Source: Spirulina sp.
GTDB lineage: Bacteria; Cyanobacteriota; Cyanobacteriia; Phormidesmidales; Phormidesmidaceae
Reading direction: 5' to 3'
Length of the DNA: 64,000 nucleotides
Assembly (NCBI GenBank): GCA_044070495.1
Contig: JBIPSI010000002.1
Coordinates: 32,001-96,000 of the forward strand
Shown: piece after piece, positions 48,863 through 58,976 of the stretch
How the letters are laid out: every line of letters begins with the position of its first letter
Numbering within the stretch: the first letter of the stretch is position 1
Notes under the pieces: generated by a model
Databases searched by the model: none
What the model was told of the DNA's origin: nothing
The model's input: only the letters and a program-made list of their open reading frames with translations
Translations under genes and position numbers: made by a program

Positions 48863-48944
48863 CAGAAACCCGGTTTCTACGCTTGGAAAGGCCAAGCCTC
48901 GTGGGCACACCGACGAAGAAACCGGGTTTCTCTCAATCCTGAAC
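48863..48944 (+). repeat. REPIN-like element (about 82 bp)
   Basis: AGAAACCCGGTTTCT (48864-48878) and AGAAACCGGGTTTCT (48917-48931), then CTCAATCCTGAAC as in the 43219 copy. Confidence 0.8.
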
Positions 48945-48956
48945 TGCTGTCCTAGC

Positions 48957-50183
48957 TCACCCCCGCCGACCTTGCCGCCGATTCCGCCAAAAATATCCCC
49001 CCAACAGCAGGGCGGAGAGCAAAGAGATCGCTGGGCCATTGGGTACGGGTTGGGGTGTGGGCGTGGGCCGCACCGGGGGCAAATCGGCACGGGCAACGAG
49101 TTGTACCAAGGGATCTGGCTCAGGAATGGTAATTTCTGGCTCCTGGGGAAGGTCGGGTAGCCAGGGTTGAGGTGAAAGGCCGAGGGGTTCCTGGAAGGTT
49201 ACAGAATCTCCGCCCAGCGTTCCCGCTGTCCACGGTTCTCCCGCCACTTGAGAACGGGTGTCGGATGTGGCTTCTGGGGGCCGAAACCAGGGTACAGCGG
49301 CGGCGTAGCCTGGGGTATCGGCACCCACAACGTTGCCAGTCCTGGGTTCTAAGGACAATTCTGGGGGCGCAGGTTGGCTATCTGGAACGGGGGGAAGCGT
49401 CAGGGCTACGGCATCGGGGGCGGCATCTAGGAAAGCGGGGGTTGTTGTTGGGGGGCCAACGGCACCGCTGGCGGGGAACTGATTAGGCTGGTCGCCCAGC
49501 AGCGGGCTTTGGCGGACAAAGTCGATTTGCGCCTGGGTGAGCTGCCCCAGATTGGCCCCATCGGGGGTGATCTCCGCAATGGAGAGGGGCGAACGGCGGC
49601 TGAGGCCATCGGTCATCAGGTTGTTGGCTCCTCCAGCCCCAAAGTTGCCGTGGGTGAGGCCCAGGTTGTGGCCAATTTCGTGGCCCACAGTATCGATGCG
49701 GTCTAGGCCGTTGTTAAAGCCCAGCAGGTTGTCGCTGACCACCACACCATTCAGGTCAATCCAGCCGAGGCCGAGGGTTTCGGTATCGTTGTCGTAGGCA
49801 AAAATGCGATCCACAAACCACAGGTTCAGTGGTCCCGTGGTGCGGGTAGAGAGCGGGTGACGACCGAAGGCCCCCGATCCTCCACCAAAGGAGAGTTCTG
49901 AAAACTCCTGTTGATCATCAATGGTGAGAAAGCGGCTGTCGTTGAGGCGGTTGGGGGTGAGGAAATCAATCACCACATTGGCCTGCGCCCAGAGTTTGCG
50001 AGTCGCTTCCTCAAAAAGGGCCAATTCGGCACAAATTAGGCCAAAATCGTCGCAAACCTGGATCGGCTGCACGCTGAGAAATCGCGTAGGGGGGGCTGAG
50101 CCAGAGTCAGATCCACCACCACCGCAGGCCGTTAGGGTTAGGGAAAACCCAACCGCAATCCAGTACCTAGATTTCACAACCAT
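48957..50183 (-). CDS. Metzincin zinc metalloprotease lipoprotein with a PEP-CTERM-like C-terminus
   Basis: Lipobox LTAC, HEIGHNLGLTH, Met-turn NLM, Pro/Thr linker, VPNGP-hydrophobic helix-RNRRQGRR. Confidence 0.8.
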   Translation of the reverse strand: MVVKSRYWIAVGFSLTLTACGGGGSDSGSAPPTRFLSVQPIQVCDDFGLICAELALFEEATRKLWAQANVVIDFLTPNRLNDSRFLTIDDQQEFSELSFGGGSGAFGRHPLSTRTTGPLNLWFVDRIFAYDNDTETLGLGWIDLNGVVVSDNLLGFNNGLDRIDTVGHEIGHNLGLTHGNFGAGGANNLMTDGLSRRSPLSIAEITPDGANLGQLTQAQIDFVRQSPLLGDQPNQFPASGAVGPPTTTPAFLDAAPDAVALTLPPVPDSQPAPPELSLEPRTGNVVGADTPGYAAAVPWFRPPEATSDTRSQVAGEPWTAGTLGGDSVTFQEPLGLSPQPWLPDLPQEPEITIPEPDPLVQLVARADLPPVRPTPTPQPVPNGPAISLLSALLLGGYFWRNRRQGRRG

Positions 50184-50446
50184 CGGCTAAAAGAGCACAG
50201 GGGGCTACGCAAAGCATCGTTAAAGAGGGCACACGCATAATCGCGGGACGTTGATATCGAGAGACTAGTTCCAGAAGCTGGACTCCAGGAATTTACGGAT
50301 TGCTCCGGGAAACTACGGATATTCCATGGCCACTGTAGCGAATCCGTCTGGCCAGAGTCCCCTCAAACAACGGAGCTTCATGGAAAATTTAAAGCTGTCG
50401 CGCCCAATTTCCTGGAGCGTACGGATGCCAAGGGATTCGGCATCCA

Positions 50447-50483
50447 ACAAAAAACCCAGGGTTCTTCAAGAACCCTGGGTTTT
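50447..50483 (-). terminator. Intrinsic terminator of ftsH3
   Basis: Perfect inverted repeat AAAACCCAGGGTTCTT/AAGAACCCTGGGTTTT ending in a T-run on the minus strand, about 25 bp past the stop. Confidence 0.8.
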
Positions 50484-50507
50484 GAGTGTTCAGCGAGGGA
50501 CTACCGC

Positions 50508-52349
50508 TTAGGCAATGGAGGCCATGCGAACGTCACTCGTGGCTAGCAGTTGTTGAAGCTCGTCGGCATCGACGGTTTCTTTGTCCACCAGCATCCGAGC
50601 CAGTTGGTCAAGGATGTGGCGGTTGCTCACTAGCACATCCTTGGCACGACGATAGGCTTCGTCCACCAGGGAGCGCACCTCGGAGTCGATGGTAGCGGCG
50701 GTTTCTTCGGAGAAATCGCGCTCGGCGGCGATGTCGCGGCCTAGGAACATGTTGCCCTGCTGACGGCCAAGGGCCACGGGGCCGAGCTTGTCACTCATGC
50801 CGAAGCGAGTCACCATTTGACGGGCCACACGGGCCACCTGTTGCAGGTCATTGGAAGCACCCGTGGTCACTTCCTCTTCGCCGAAGATGATCTCTTCAGC
50901 AATGCGGCCACCGAGGGCAACGGCCATCTGGTTTTGCAGGTAGGAGCGGGAGTAAAGGCCCGACTCTAGCCGATCTTCGCTGGGGGTAAACCAGGTGAGA
51001 CCACCCGCCCGACCACGAGGAATGATGCTGATCTTCTGCACGGGGTCGTAGTCCGGCATTAGGGCACCAACGAGGGCATGGCCTGCTTCGTGGTAGGCGA
51101 CTAGTTCTTTGCGGCGTTCGCTCATGACGCGGTCTTTCTTCTCAGGGCCAGCCAGCACCCGGTCGATGGCATCGTTCACCTCATCCATGGAGATTTCGGT
51201 GAGGTTGCGGCGGGCGGCCAGAATCGCGGCCTCGTTCAGCAGGTTAGACAGGTCGGCCCCGGTGAAGCCAGGGGTACGACGGGCGATCTTTTGCAGATCC
51301 ACATCCTTGGAGAAGGTCTTGCCACGGGCGTGGACGTTGAGGATTTCCAGGCGTCCGGCATAGTCGGGCCGATCCACCACCACCTGACGGTCGAATCGAC
51401 CGGGGCGCAGCAGGGCGGCATCTAACACGTCGGGGCGGTTGGTGGCGGCGATGATGATGATGCCCGTGTTGCCCTCAAAGCCGTCCATTTCGGTCAGCAG
51501 TTGGTTGAGGGTTTGTTCGCGCTCGTCGTTGCCGCCGCCAAGACCCGCACCGCGCTGACGGCCTACGGCGTCAATCTCGTCGATGAACACGATACAGGGC
51601 GCGTTGGCCTTGGCCTGTTCAAATAGGTCGCGGACGCGAGAGGCACCGACCCCCACAAACATCTCCACAAACTCGGAACCGGAGATAGAGAAGAAGGGCA
51701 CCCCAGCTTCGCCAGCCACAGCCTTGGCCAGCAGGGTTTTACCCGTCCCCGGAGGGCCAACCAACAGCACACCCTTGGGAATTTTGGCCCCCACGGCGGT
51801 GAAGCGGTCAGCGTTCTTGAGGAAGTCCACCACTTCGGTCAATTCCAGTTTGGCCTGCTCAATACCCGCCACATCACCAAAGGTGACCTGGGTTTGAGGC
51901 TCCATCTGCACCCGGGCCTTGGACTTACCAAAGTTCATGGCCTGGTTGCCGGGGCCGTTTTGGGCGCGGCGCAACACAAAGAACAGCACCACCAACAGCA
52001 GTACCGGGATCAGCAACGTGCTGAAGGCGCGAACCCAAACGCTATCGTCGCTTTGGGGCAGCACCACAATGTCCACATTGTTGGTTTCTAGGGTGTTGAT
52101 CAGTTCAGGATCGTTGGGAAGGTTAACGACGATCTGGCCGTTACCCTCGGGATCGGTGAACCGAGCCTTGGTGCGGTCAGAGCTGATGCTGACCCGCTCG
52201 ATTTGATTACCTTGCACAGCATCGAGGAACTTGCTGTAGCGCCAAGTCTGGGTTTCGACCCCAGATCCATCGAAAATAGCCGTGGCCAGAGCGATGACCA
52301 CAATGACCAGCAGTGCGTATAGACCTGCATTTCTCCACCGTTTGTTCAC
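50508..52349 (-). CDS. ftsH3: ATP-dependent zinc metalloprotease FtsH (FtsH3 type)
   Basis: [15 protein letters not shown]-terminus, [27 protein letters not shown]. Confidence 0.93.
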   Translation of the reverse strand: MNKRWRNAGLYALLVIVVIALATAIFDGSGVETQTWRYSKFLDAVQGNQIERVSISSDRTKARFTDPEGNGQIVVNLPNDPELINTLETNNVDIVVLPQSDDSVWVRAFSTLLIPVLLLVVLFFVLRRAQNGPGNQAMNFGKSKARVQMEPQTQVTFGDVAGIEQAKLELTEVVDFLKNADRFTAVGAKIPKGVLLVGPPGTGKTLLAKAVAGEAGVPFFSISGSEFVEMFVGVGASRVRDLFEQAKANAPCIVFIDEIDAVGRQRGAGLGGGNDEREQTLNQLLTEMDGFEGNTGIIIIAATNRPDVLDAALLRPGRFDRQVVVDRPDYAGRLEILNVHARGKTFSKDVDLQKIARRTPGFTGADLSNLLNEAAILAARRNLTEISMDEVNDAIDRVLAGPEKKDRVMSERRKELVAYHEAGHALVGALMPDYDPVQKISIIPRGRAGGLTWFTPSEDRLESGLYSRSYLQNQMAVALGGRIAEEIIFGEEEVTTGASNDLQQVARVARQMVTRFGMSDKLGPVALGRQQGNMFLGRDIAAERDFSEETAATIDSEVRSLVDEAYRRAKDVLVSNRHILDQLARMLVDKETVDADELQQLLATSDVRMASIA

Positions 52350-52436
52350 CGGGGTAATGCCTCCACTAATGGGTTGAACGTGAATGGGAACCGTGTTATC
52401 TCAGAACAAGTTTTGAGTAAACCGATTAATTAGAAG

Positions 52437-52454
52437 ATTATTAACTAATGTTAA
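52437..52454 (-). promoter_or_regulatory. HLR1-like (RpaB) direct repeat upstream of ftsH3
   Basis: TTAACATT-AG-TTAATAAT against KTTACAWW-N2-KTTACAWW (7/8 and 6/8 matches). Confidence 0.4.
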
Positions 52455-52497
52455 CGCCATCTGCCAGAATGGGCCATCTTCCGGCCCAATTTTTGGG

Positions 52498-53301
52498 CTA
52501 GGGGGCCTCGAAGACCGCCCGTAACCCCCGCAGGCTCCCAGCTTGCGGGTTAAACAATAGTCTACTGTGATTGGTTAAAACCGTGTGAATGGGAACCACC
52601 TGCACGGCGGAGTTGGAGTAGGCCAGGGACTCAAACCGCTGCACCACCTCCGGCACCCAGGGATCTTGACAGACCGAGATGCCCTGCTGCTGTAGGGATT
52701 CACACAGATGCAGTCGCGCTACCCCTGGCAGTAGGCCCTCCTCCAGGGGCGGCGTCCACCATTGCCCATCGGCCCAACCCCAGAGGTTGCCCGTGCTGGT
52801 TTCTAGCCAATGTCCAGCCGCGTCGATCAAAATCGCTTCCCGCGCCCCTTGGTGTTGGGCCTGTTGTAGCGCCAGCCAACCACCCAGGTAGTTCCCGGTT
52901 TTATACCCCGGCAAAGCCCGCCGATAGAGATCCCCCGCCGCCAGCCAAGCAGTGATGCCTTGGGACTGCATCTCGCCTAGGTTCGCTGGCAATGGGCGAC
53001 CCGTCACCAGTTCCCGACCATCGGGCAGGCAAGTAATCCGCAACACGGGAAAGGATGGTTTCAGCCATTCGGCCCCCTGGCGCACCCGATCCCAGTCCGG
53101 CTCTGGCCATTGGAATGCCGCCAACCCGTGGCGCAACCGATGCAGGTGATCCTCCCAGCGGGTGAGGGAATGGGCTAGGTCGTTCTGATAAACCCGCAGA
53201 GTGGTAAACACCGTGGCTCCATAGAGAAAGGCGGGTTCGTTAACCGCCAGGGTGAGATCATCGCCCTCAACGGGTTGGCCGGAGAACCAGTAAGTCATCA
53301 A
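52498..53301 (-). CDS. Class IV aminotransferase / 4-amino-4-deoxychorismate lyase-like
   Basis: YGATVFTT, HLHRL, YKTGNY (PLP Lys), ETSTGN, LLPGVAR. Confidence 0.85.
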   Translation of the reverse strand: MMTYWFSGQPVEGDDLTLAVNEPAFLYGATVFTTLRVYQNDLAHSLTRWEDHLHRLRHGLAAFQWPEPDWDRVRQGAEWLKPSFPVLRITCLPDGRELVTGRPLPANLGEMQSQGITAWLAAGDLYRRALPGYKTGNYLGGWLALQQAQHQGAREAILIDAAGHWLETSTGNLWGWADGQWWTPPLEEGLLPGVARLHLCESLQQQGISVCQDPWVPEVVQRFESLAYSNSAVQVVPIHTVLTNHSRLLFNPQAGSLRGLRAVFEAP

Positions 53302-53330
53302 TTCAGTCGGGCATTAAAGCAGCCGCTTAC

Positions 53331-53555
53331 TATAGCGGATTTCACTGGGTTGAAGTCTATTGTGATGATTCCCCCTGCCCCCCTTATCAAGGGTGGTACG
53401 GATTTCAATAGCGGATTTCACTTGATTGAAGTTCATTGCGATAATCCCCCCCGCCCCCTTATCAAGGGGGATACAGCGTGAAACTTAGACCGCCAGGCAC
53501 TGGGGGGATCTAGAACTCCGTGAGGGTGTAACTCACGCTATCGAGATTCGCTGTA
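53331..53555. mobile_element. Degenerate IS630-like MITE with a duplicated left 62 bp
   Basis: TATAGCGGATTTC at 53331 against GAGATTCGCTGTA at 53543-53555 (imperfect inverted ends, TA-bounded); 53332-53393 repeats at 53408-53468, each with a CCCCTTATCAAGGG hairpin. Confidence 0.55.
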
Positions 53556-53612
53556 GATTCGCTGTAGATGTAGAGGCAACCCTAACGTTAGAGGTCGCCT
53601 TAACGTCAGAGC

Positions 53613-55139
53613 TTACTGCATTCGATCAATGGTGCGGTATTGGATGGCTTCCGCGATGTGGTGGGTTTGCAGGTGTTCGGCCCCATCGAGGTCGGCAATG
53701 GTGCGGCCCACTTTGAGGATGCGGTCGGTGGCGCGGGCGGAGAGACCCAGTTTGCGGACGGCTCCTTCTAAGAGGGTGCGGCTGGTGTCGTCGAGGGGGC
53801 ACCAGTCCTTGAGGTGACGGCTTTGCATGTCGGCGTTGCATTGCAGCTTGGGTTCGGCCTTAAAGCGGTCGTGGGCGCGCTGGCGGGCCTGCTGCACCCG
53901 ATCCCGTACGGGTTCCGAGGCTTCTCCGGGCTGGTGTTGGGTCATTTCTTCGGGTTTGATGCGACTTACCACCACTTGCAGGTCAATGCGATCCATCAGC
54001 GGCCCAGAGAGGCGAGACCAGTAGTTTTCGCGGCTGCGGGGGGAGCAGGTGCAGGGCTGAACGGAATCGCCATAGAACCCACAGGGGCAGGGATTGGTGC
54101 TGGCAATCAGGGTAAACTGGGCCGGAAATACGACGGATTGCCGGGTGCGGGTGATGGTGACATAGCCGTCTTCGAGGGGCTGGCGCAAAAATTCCAGGAC
54201 ATCTCGTTTAAACTCAGTCAGCTCGTCCAAAAATAAAATACCTCTATGGGCCAGGGAGATTTCCCCCGGTTTGGGGTAACTGCCACCGCCCACCAGGGAA
54301 GGCCCAGAGGCGGAATGGTGGGGGCTGCGAAAGGGGCGGGTGTTGACCAGGGTGCCCTTCTCCTTCAGCAATCCGGCCACGGAGTGAATTTGGGTGACAT
54401 CCAGGGCTTCCTCAAACTGCAAGGGCGGCAGGATGGAGGGCAACCGTCGAGCCAACATGGTTTTACCGCTTCCCGGTGGCCCCACGAAGATCAAATTATG
54501 GCCTCCAGCGGCGGCGATTTCCAGGGCGCGTCGGGCCTGGGCTTGGCCCTTCACGTCCCGTAGGTCTAAGGCTCCGGCGTGGTCGGTATTCAGGCTGCGG
54601 TCATCGTAGGTGACGGGGCTGTGGTTGCCCGGATTGTTGAGGAAATCGGCCACTTCGGAGACATGCTTGAAGGCGTAGACCGTTAGACCGGGCACTACGG
54701 CGGCTTCTCGGCCATTATCGGCGGGGACGACTAGGCCGCGTATCCCCAATTTTTGGGCGGCGGCGGCGATGGGCAACACCCCAGCTACGGCCCGCAAACT
54801 GCCGTCGAGAGAGACTTCGCCTAGGAATAGGAGATCGTTGAGGGCTTCGGTTTGCACCTGTTCGGCGGCGGCGAGGATGCCCACGCTGATGGGCAGGTCA
54901 AAAATCGGGCCTTCCTTCCGCAGATCCGCCGGGGTGAGATTGATCACCACCTTGCGCATGGGGAAGGGAAACCCAGCATTTTTCAGCGCGGCTTTGACCC
55001 GTTCCCGCGATTCCTGCACGGCGGTATCGGGCAGGCCGACAATGACGACCCCCGGTAGTCCACCCGATAAGTCCACCTCCACCCCAACCTTGAGGGCGTC
55101 AATGCCCATCAACGATGCACTCCAAACTCTTGCCAGCAT
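53613..55139 (-). CDS. comM: YifB/ComM Mg-chelatase-like AAA ATPase
   Basis: VGLPDTAVQESRERV, GPPGSGKT, PFRSPHHSAS, FLDELTEF, NPCPCG, LSARATDRILKV. Confidence 0.93.
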   Translation of the reverse strand: MLARVWSASLMGIDALKVGVEVDLSGGLPGVVIVGLPDTAVQESRERVKAALKNAGFPFPMRKVVINLTPADLRKEGPIFDLPISVGILAAAEQVQTEALNDLLFLGEVSLDGSLRAVAGVLPIAAAAQKLGIRGLVVPADNGREAAVVPGLTVYAFKHVSEVADFLNNPGNHSPVTYDDRSLNTDHAGALDLRDVKGQAQARRALEIAAAGGHNLIFVGPPGSGKTMLARRLPSILPPLQFEEALDVTQIHSVAGLLKEKGTLVNTRPFRSPHHSASGPSLVGGGSYPKPGEISLAHRGILFLDELTEFKRDVLEFLRQPLEDGYVTITRTRQSVVFPAQFTLIASTNPCPCGFYGDSVQPCTCSPRSRENYWSRLSGPLMDRIDLQVVVSRIKPEEMTQHQPGEASEPVRDRVQQARQRAHDRFKAEPKLQCNADMQSRHLKDWCPLDDTSRTLLEGAVRKLGLSARATDRILKVGRTIADLDGAEHLQTHHIAEAIQYRTIDRMQ

Positions 55140-55256
55140 GGCCTTTTCCCTTGCAGATGCCGGGGTTAGCGTGCCCAGATGGCTAGGGGGGATCGCTACA
55201 GCAACGGGAATTCAGCCAAATCCATCATAGGGGAGGCCGTTAAATCGGGCTTTAGA

Positions 55257-55299
55257 TGTAATTCCCTATACAGTACGTCCCAAAACCGAGTCCTATAAC
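55257..55299 (+). promoter_or_regulatory. NtcA-activated promoter
   Basis: TGTA-ATTCCCTA-TACA (55257-55272); -10-like TATAAC at 55294-55299, exactly 22 nt after TAC. Confidence 0.75.
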
Positions 55300-55423
55300 A
55301 GGGCTGGATAGCTGTGTTAATTTTGGCTGATTTATTAATTTGGTCTGAAATTATCCGCTTGAGGCTGAGCCGTCTGGGAAACTAGGCGCAACATTATCAA
55401 GACTTGAATGCGGGAGACTCAGA

Positions 55424-56599
55424 ATGCAAGAGGTTCAGATCGTCTCAATTTCTAGTAACGAGGCGATCCCCGCTGATCTTCAAGGCGAGGCCAAGGGGGT
55501 ATCGCTGCGGGATGTGACCAAACGCTACGGGTCGTTTGCGGCGGTGCAGAACATTACCCTGGATGTTCCAGCGGGTTCCTACACCTGTTTGCTGGGGCCA
55601 AGTGGCTGCGGCAAAACCACGACCATGCGGATGATTGCCGGACACGAAGAGATTACCGAGGGCGACATTTATATTGGCGATCTACGCATTAACGGCCTAC
55701 CCGCTACTCAGCGCAATACGGCCATGATGTTCCAGAACTACGCCCTTTTCCCCCACAAAACCGTATGGGACAACGTGGATTTTGGCCTGAAAATGCGTAA
55801 GCTTTCCCTCCAAGACCGCAAGACACGGGTGGGGGAAATTTTGGAAATTTTGGGGCTGAGCCAATTTAGCGACCGCAAGCCCGCCATGCTCAGCGGCGGT
55901 CAGCAACAGCGGGTGGCCCTAGCCCGTGCCCTGGTGACGCGCCCCCAGGTGTTGATGCTGGACGAACCCCTCAGCGCCCTGGATGAAAACCTGCGGGTAA
56001 AAACCCGTGGCGAACTCCGCAAACTTCAGCGCCAGTTTGGCATGACCTTCATCCAAGTCACCCACAACCAGGATGAGGCCTATTCCCTCTCCGATCAAAT
56101 TGTGGTGATGGATCATGGCCGAGTCGATCAGGTGGGCACCCCGGCAGACATTTTTTCGCGGCCTGCTTCGCGGTTCGTGGCCAATTTCACCGGAGACAAC
56201 AACATCTTCGAGGGCACCGTTACTCAGTCTGTGGCCGATACCCAGGGGCAGATCATCCAGTTGGATGTCCCTAACCTCGGTACCCTGCTGTGCAAAGGTG
56301 ACTATGCCCAGGTGGGGAGTACGGCGGCTTGCTGTGTGCGGGCGGATCTGATTCAGATGAAGCCCCTAGCCGAGGCCGAAGCCAGCGGCCCAACCCCCGC
56401 CATCAACCGGGTCACGGCCCGGATTGCGGCGGTGGAATTTACGGGCTACATCACACGGGTTGCCCTTGTATTAGAGCGCTCTGGGGCCGAGGTGCTCTAC
56501 AAAGCCCGCACCCCCGACTGGTTGCAAACCACCTTCCAGGAAGGGCAAATCGTCGCCCTCGACTGGGCTGCTGCCGACTGTATTTTCCTGGCCCACTAG
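55424..56599 (+). CDS. ABC transporter ATP-binding protein (PotA-like, TOBE domain)
   Basis: GPSGCGKT, LSGGQQQR, LDEPLSALD. Confidence 0.92.
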   Translation: MQEVQIVSISSNEAIPADLQGEAKGVSLRDVTKRYGSFAAVQNITLDVPAGSYTCLLGPSGCGKTTTMRMIAGHEEITEGDIYIGDLRINGLPATQRNTAMMFQNYALFPHKTVWDNVDFGLKMRKLSLQDRKTRVGEILEILGLSQFSDRKPAMLSGGQQQRVALARALVTRPQVLMLDEPLSALDENLRVKTRGELRKLQRQFGMTFIQVTHNQDEAYSLSDQIVVMDHGRVDQVGTPADIFSRPASRFVANFTGDNNIFEGTVTQSVADTQGQIIQLDVPNLGTLLCKGDYAQVGSTAACCVRADLIQMKPLAEAEASGPTPAINRVTARIAAVEFTGYITRVALVLERSGAEVLYKARTPDWLQTTFQEGQIVALDWAAADCIFLAH

Positions 56600-56674
56600 G
56601 GCGAATCCCGTGGGGGTATCTCACGGCGCTATCAGCGTTTCTCCTCACCTGTCGTTTTTCAACATAAGTCAGCC

Positions 56675-57979
56675 ATGGGTAAGTTTTCTCGTCGTCAAGT
56701 CATCCGCACTGGCCTCGCTGCCGGAGCTTTCCTCACTGCCACCCGTTGCGCCGCCCCATCAGGCACGCCTAATAATCCGGCCCCTGGCCCCCAAGTCAAC
56801 GCTAATAATGCTAAGGATGTCACCCTGCGGCTGATTGGCACCGGGGTATCGCAAATTAACGAAATTCGCGACAAAGCCCAAGAAGACCTCGGTTTTAAGT
56901 TTGAAATGCGTGCCCTCAGCACCGAGGAAAACAACCAAATTGCCATCACCCAGCCCGGCCAATACGACATTTTTGATGGGGAGTACTTTAGCCTTCCCCT
57001 AGTCGTGCCCTCCGGCAATCTGCAAGCCATTGATATTAAGCGCATCACCAACTACGACAAGATTGTCTCCTTCTTTAGAACCGGGGAATTTAAGGGAATG
57101 CCCGTGGAGCAATCCCAAGGCACAGCCCCCTTCAAAGTGCAGTATTTAACTGGGCCAGACTCAAAGGAATTTGCCCCTGAGCCTACCGATTTTGCTACCA
57201 TGATTCCCTTCCAGTACAACGCTGATACCCTGGGCTATCGGCCCGACTTGGTAGGGCGCGAAATTAAAAGCTGGGGCGAACTCTTTAACCCCGAATTTAA
57301 AGGTAAAACCTCGATCCTAGACATTCCCCAAATCGGCATTATGGATGCAGCCATGGTCGCCGAAGCCCTGGGCCTGATGACCTTTGCCGACAAAGGCAAC
57401 ATGACCAAGGCCGAAATCGATCAAATCATCGACATTCTGAAGGAGCAAAAAGCCAATGGCCAATTCCGAGCCTTCTGGAAAACCTTTGATGAGTCGGTGA
57501 ACTTGATGAGCTCCGGCGAAGTGGTGCTGCAATCCATGTGGTCGCCCGCCGTTACCGCCGTCCAATCCCAGGGCATTGAATGTATCTATGCGCCCCTCGA
57601 AGAAGGCTATCGTGGCTGGGGTGGCGGCATCGGCCTATCTAAAAACCTAGAAGGAATGCAGCTCGACGCCGCCTACGAATACATCAACTGGATGTTAGAC
57701 GGCTGGGTGGGGGCCTTCCTCGGTCGCCAAGGCTACTACAGCGCTTCTCCAGAAACCGCTAAGACCTTCATGACGCCTGCCGAGTGGGATTTCTGGTACG
57801 AAGGAAAACCCGCCGCCGAAGATATTGTTGATCCCTTCGGCAAAACCCTGGCCACGGCTGGCACGGTTCGCGATGGGGGCTCCTTCGATGAGCGTTTTGG
57901 CAACATTGTCTGCTGGAACTCCACCATGGAAGAAAACACCTACCTCGTCCAGAAGTGGAATGAGTTTATTGCCTCCTAA
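56675..57979 (+). CDS. PotD/PotF-like solute-binding protein with a Tat signal
   Basis: SRRQVI twin-arginine signal, YNADTLGYRPDL, WSPAV; operon context. Confidence 0.85.
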   Translation: MGKFSRRQVIRTGLAAGAFLTATRCAAPSGTPNNPAPGPQVNANNAKDVTLRLIGTGVSQINEIRDKAQEDLGFKFEMRALSTEENNQIAITQPGQYDIFDGEYFSLPLVVPSGNLQAIDIKRITNYDKIVSFFRTGEFKGMPVEQSQGTAPFKVQYLTGPDSKEFAPEPTDFATMIPFQYNADTLGYRPDLVGREIKSWGELFNPEFKGKTSILDIPQIGIMDAAMVAEALGLMTFADKGNMTKAEIDQIIDILKEQKANGQFRAFWKTFDESVNLMSSGEVVLQSMWSPAVTAVQSQGIECIYAPLEEGYRGWGGGIGLSKNLEGMQLDAAYEYINWMLDGWVGAFLGRQGYYSASPETAKTFMTPAEWDFWYEGKPAAEDIVDPFGKTLATAGTVRDGGSFDERFGNIVCWNSTMEENTYLVQKWNEFIAS

Positions 57980-58009
57980 TAGGGTTTCTTAGAACATTCA
58001 TTGTGAGGC

Positions 58010-58039
58010 CGTAGGGTGCATTTGCGAAGCAATGCACCC
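58010..58039 (+). repeat. GTAG-type REP palindrome
   Basis: CGTAGGGTGCATT-TGCGAAGC-AATGCACCC. Confidence 0.6.
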
Positions 58040-58093
58040 AAAATGCCATGCTACGGATTACCCTACCATCATGAGTTTCCGGTATTCTAACCT

Positions 58094-58951
58094 ATGTCTC
58101 AAACTTGGAAAATCCTCAAGCCCTATGCCTTGATCACTCCCCAAACGTTAGTCTTTCTAATGTTTCTGGTGTTTCCCATTGTGATGATTGGGGTAGTCAG
58201 CTTTTGGGAGTTTACGGGCTATTCCATGGTGCCCGCCTTCACCTTAGATAACTACATCGGTATTTTCACCTCCGATGTCACGGTAAAAACCTACCTCAAC
58301 ACCTTTAAGTTCCTAGGACTAACCTGGCTATTTACCCTGCTGATTGGTTATCCTGTCGCCTACTTCATTGCTTTTCATGTGCCAAAGTTGCAGTGGCAAA
58401 TACTTCTTTTCCTATTATGTACAATTCCTTTTTGGACTTCTAATATTATTCGGATGATTTCCTGGTTGCCCCTACTAGGGAGAGAGGGCTTAGTTAATCA
58501 GGTTTTGCAGAATCTTGGCCTAGTTCAGGAGCCTCTGGAGTTTTTACTCTATTCTGATTTTGCTGTGGTTTTGGGTATGGTGCATTTGTACGTTATTTTC
58601 ATGATTGCACCCATTTTCAATAGCCTAATGCGAATTGACCGTACCCTGATAACCGCTGCTGAAGACTTAGGGGCCTCAGGATTTGAGGTATTGAAGGAAA
58701 TTATTCTGCCACTCTCGGCTCCAGGAATTGCCATTGGCTCCATTTTTATCGTGACGTTAATTATGGGGGAATTTGTTACGGTGCGGCTGATGGGGGGTGG
58801 GCAATCGGCCTCGGTAGGCAAGTTGATTCAAACCCAAATTGGTAGTTTGCAATATCCCCTAGCGGCGGCCAACGCCATGATCCTATTAATCGTGACATTG
58901 CTAATCGTGATTTCTATTCTGCGAGTGTTGGATATCCGGAAGGAACTTTAG
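58094..58951 (+). CDS. ABC permease (PotB-like)
   Basis: IPFWTSNIIR and EAA-like loop AAEDLGA. Confidence 0.9.
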   Translation: MSQTWKILKPYALITPQTLVFLMFLVFPIVMIGVVSFWEFTGYSMVPAFTLDNYIGIFTSDVTVKTYLNTFKFLGLTWLFTLLIGYPVAYFIAFHVPKLQWQILLFLLCTIPFWTSNIIRMISWLPLLGREGLVNQVLQNLGLVQEPLEFLLYSDFAVVLGMVHLYVIFMIAPIFNSLMRIDRTLITAAEDLGASGFEVLKEIILPLSAPGIAIGSIFIVTLIMGEFVTVRLMGGGQSASVGKLIQTQIGSLQYPLAAANAMILLIVTLLIVISILRVLDIRKEL

Positions 58952-58976
58952 GACGATTCAATCCAGAACATCACGC

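Noticed and set aside
53332..53468. 76-nt-period direct repeat as a CRISPR array
   Set aside because: The repeated unit is about 62 bp with only about 14 bp unique; it fits a duplicated MITE end.
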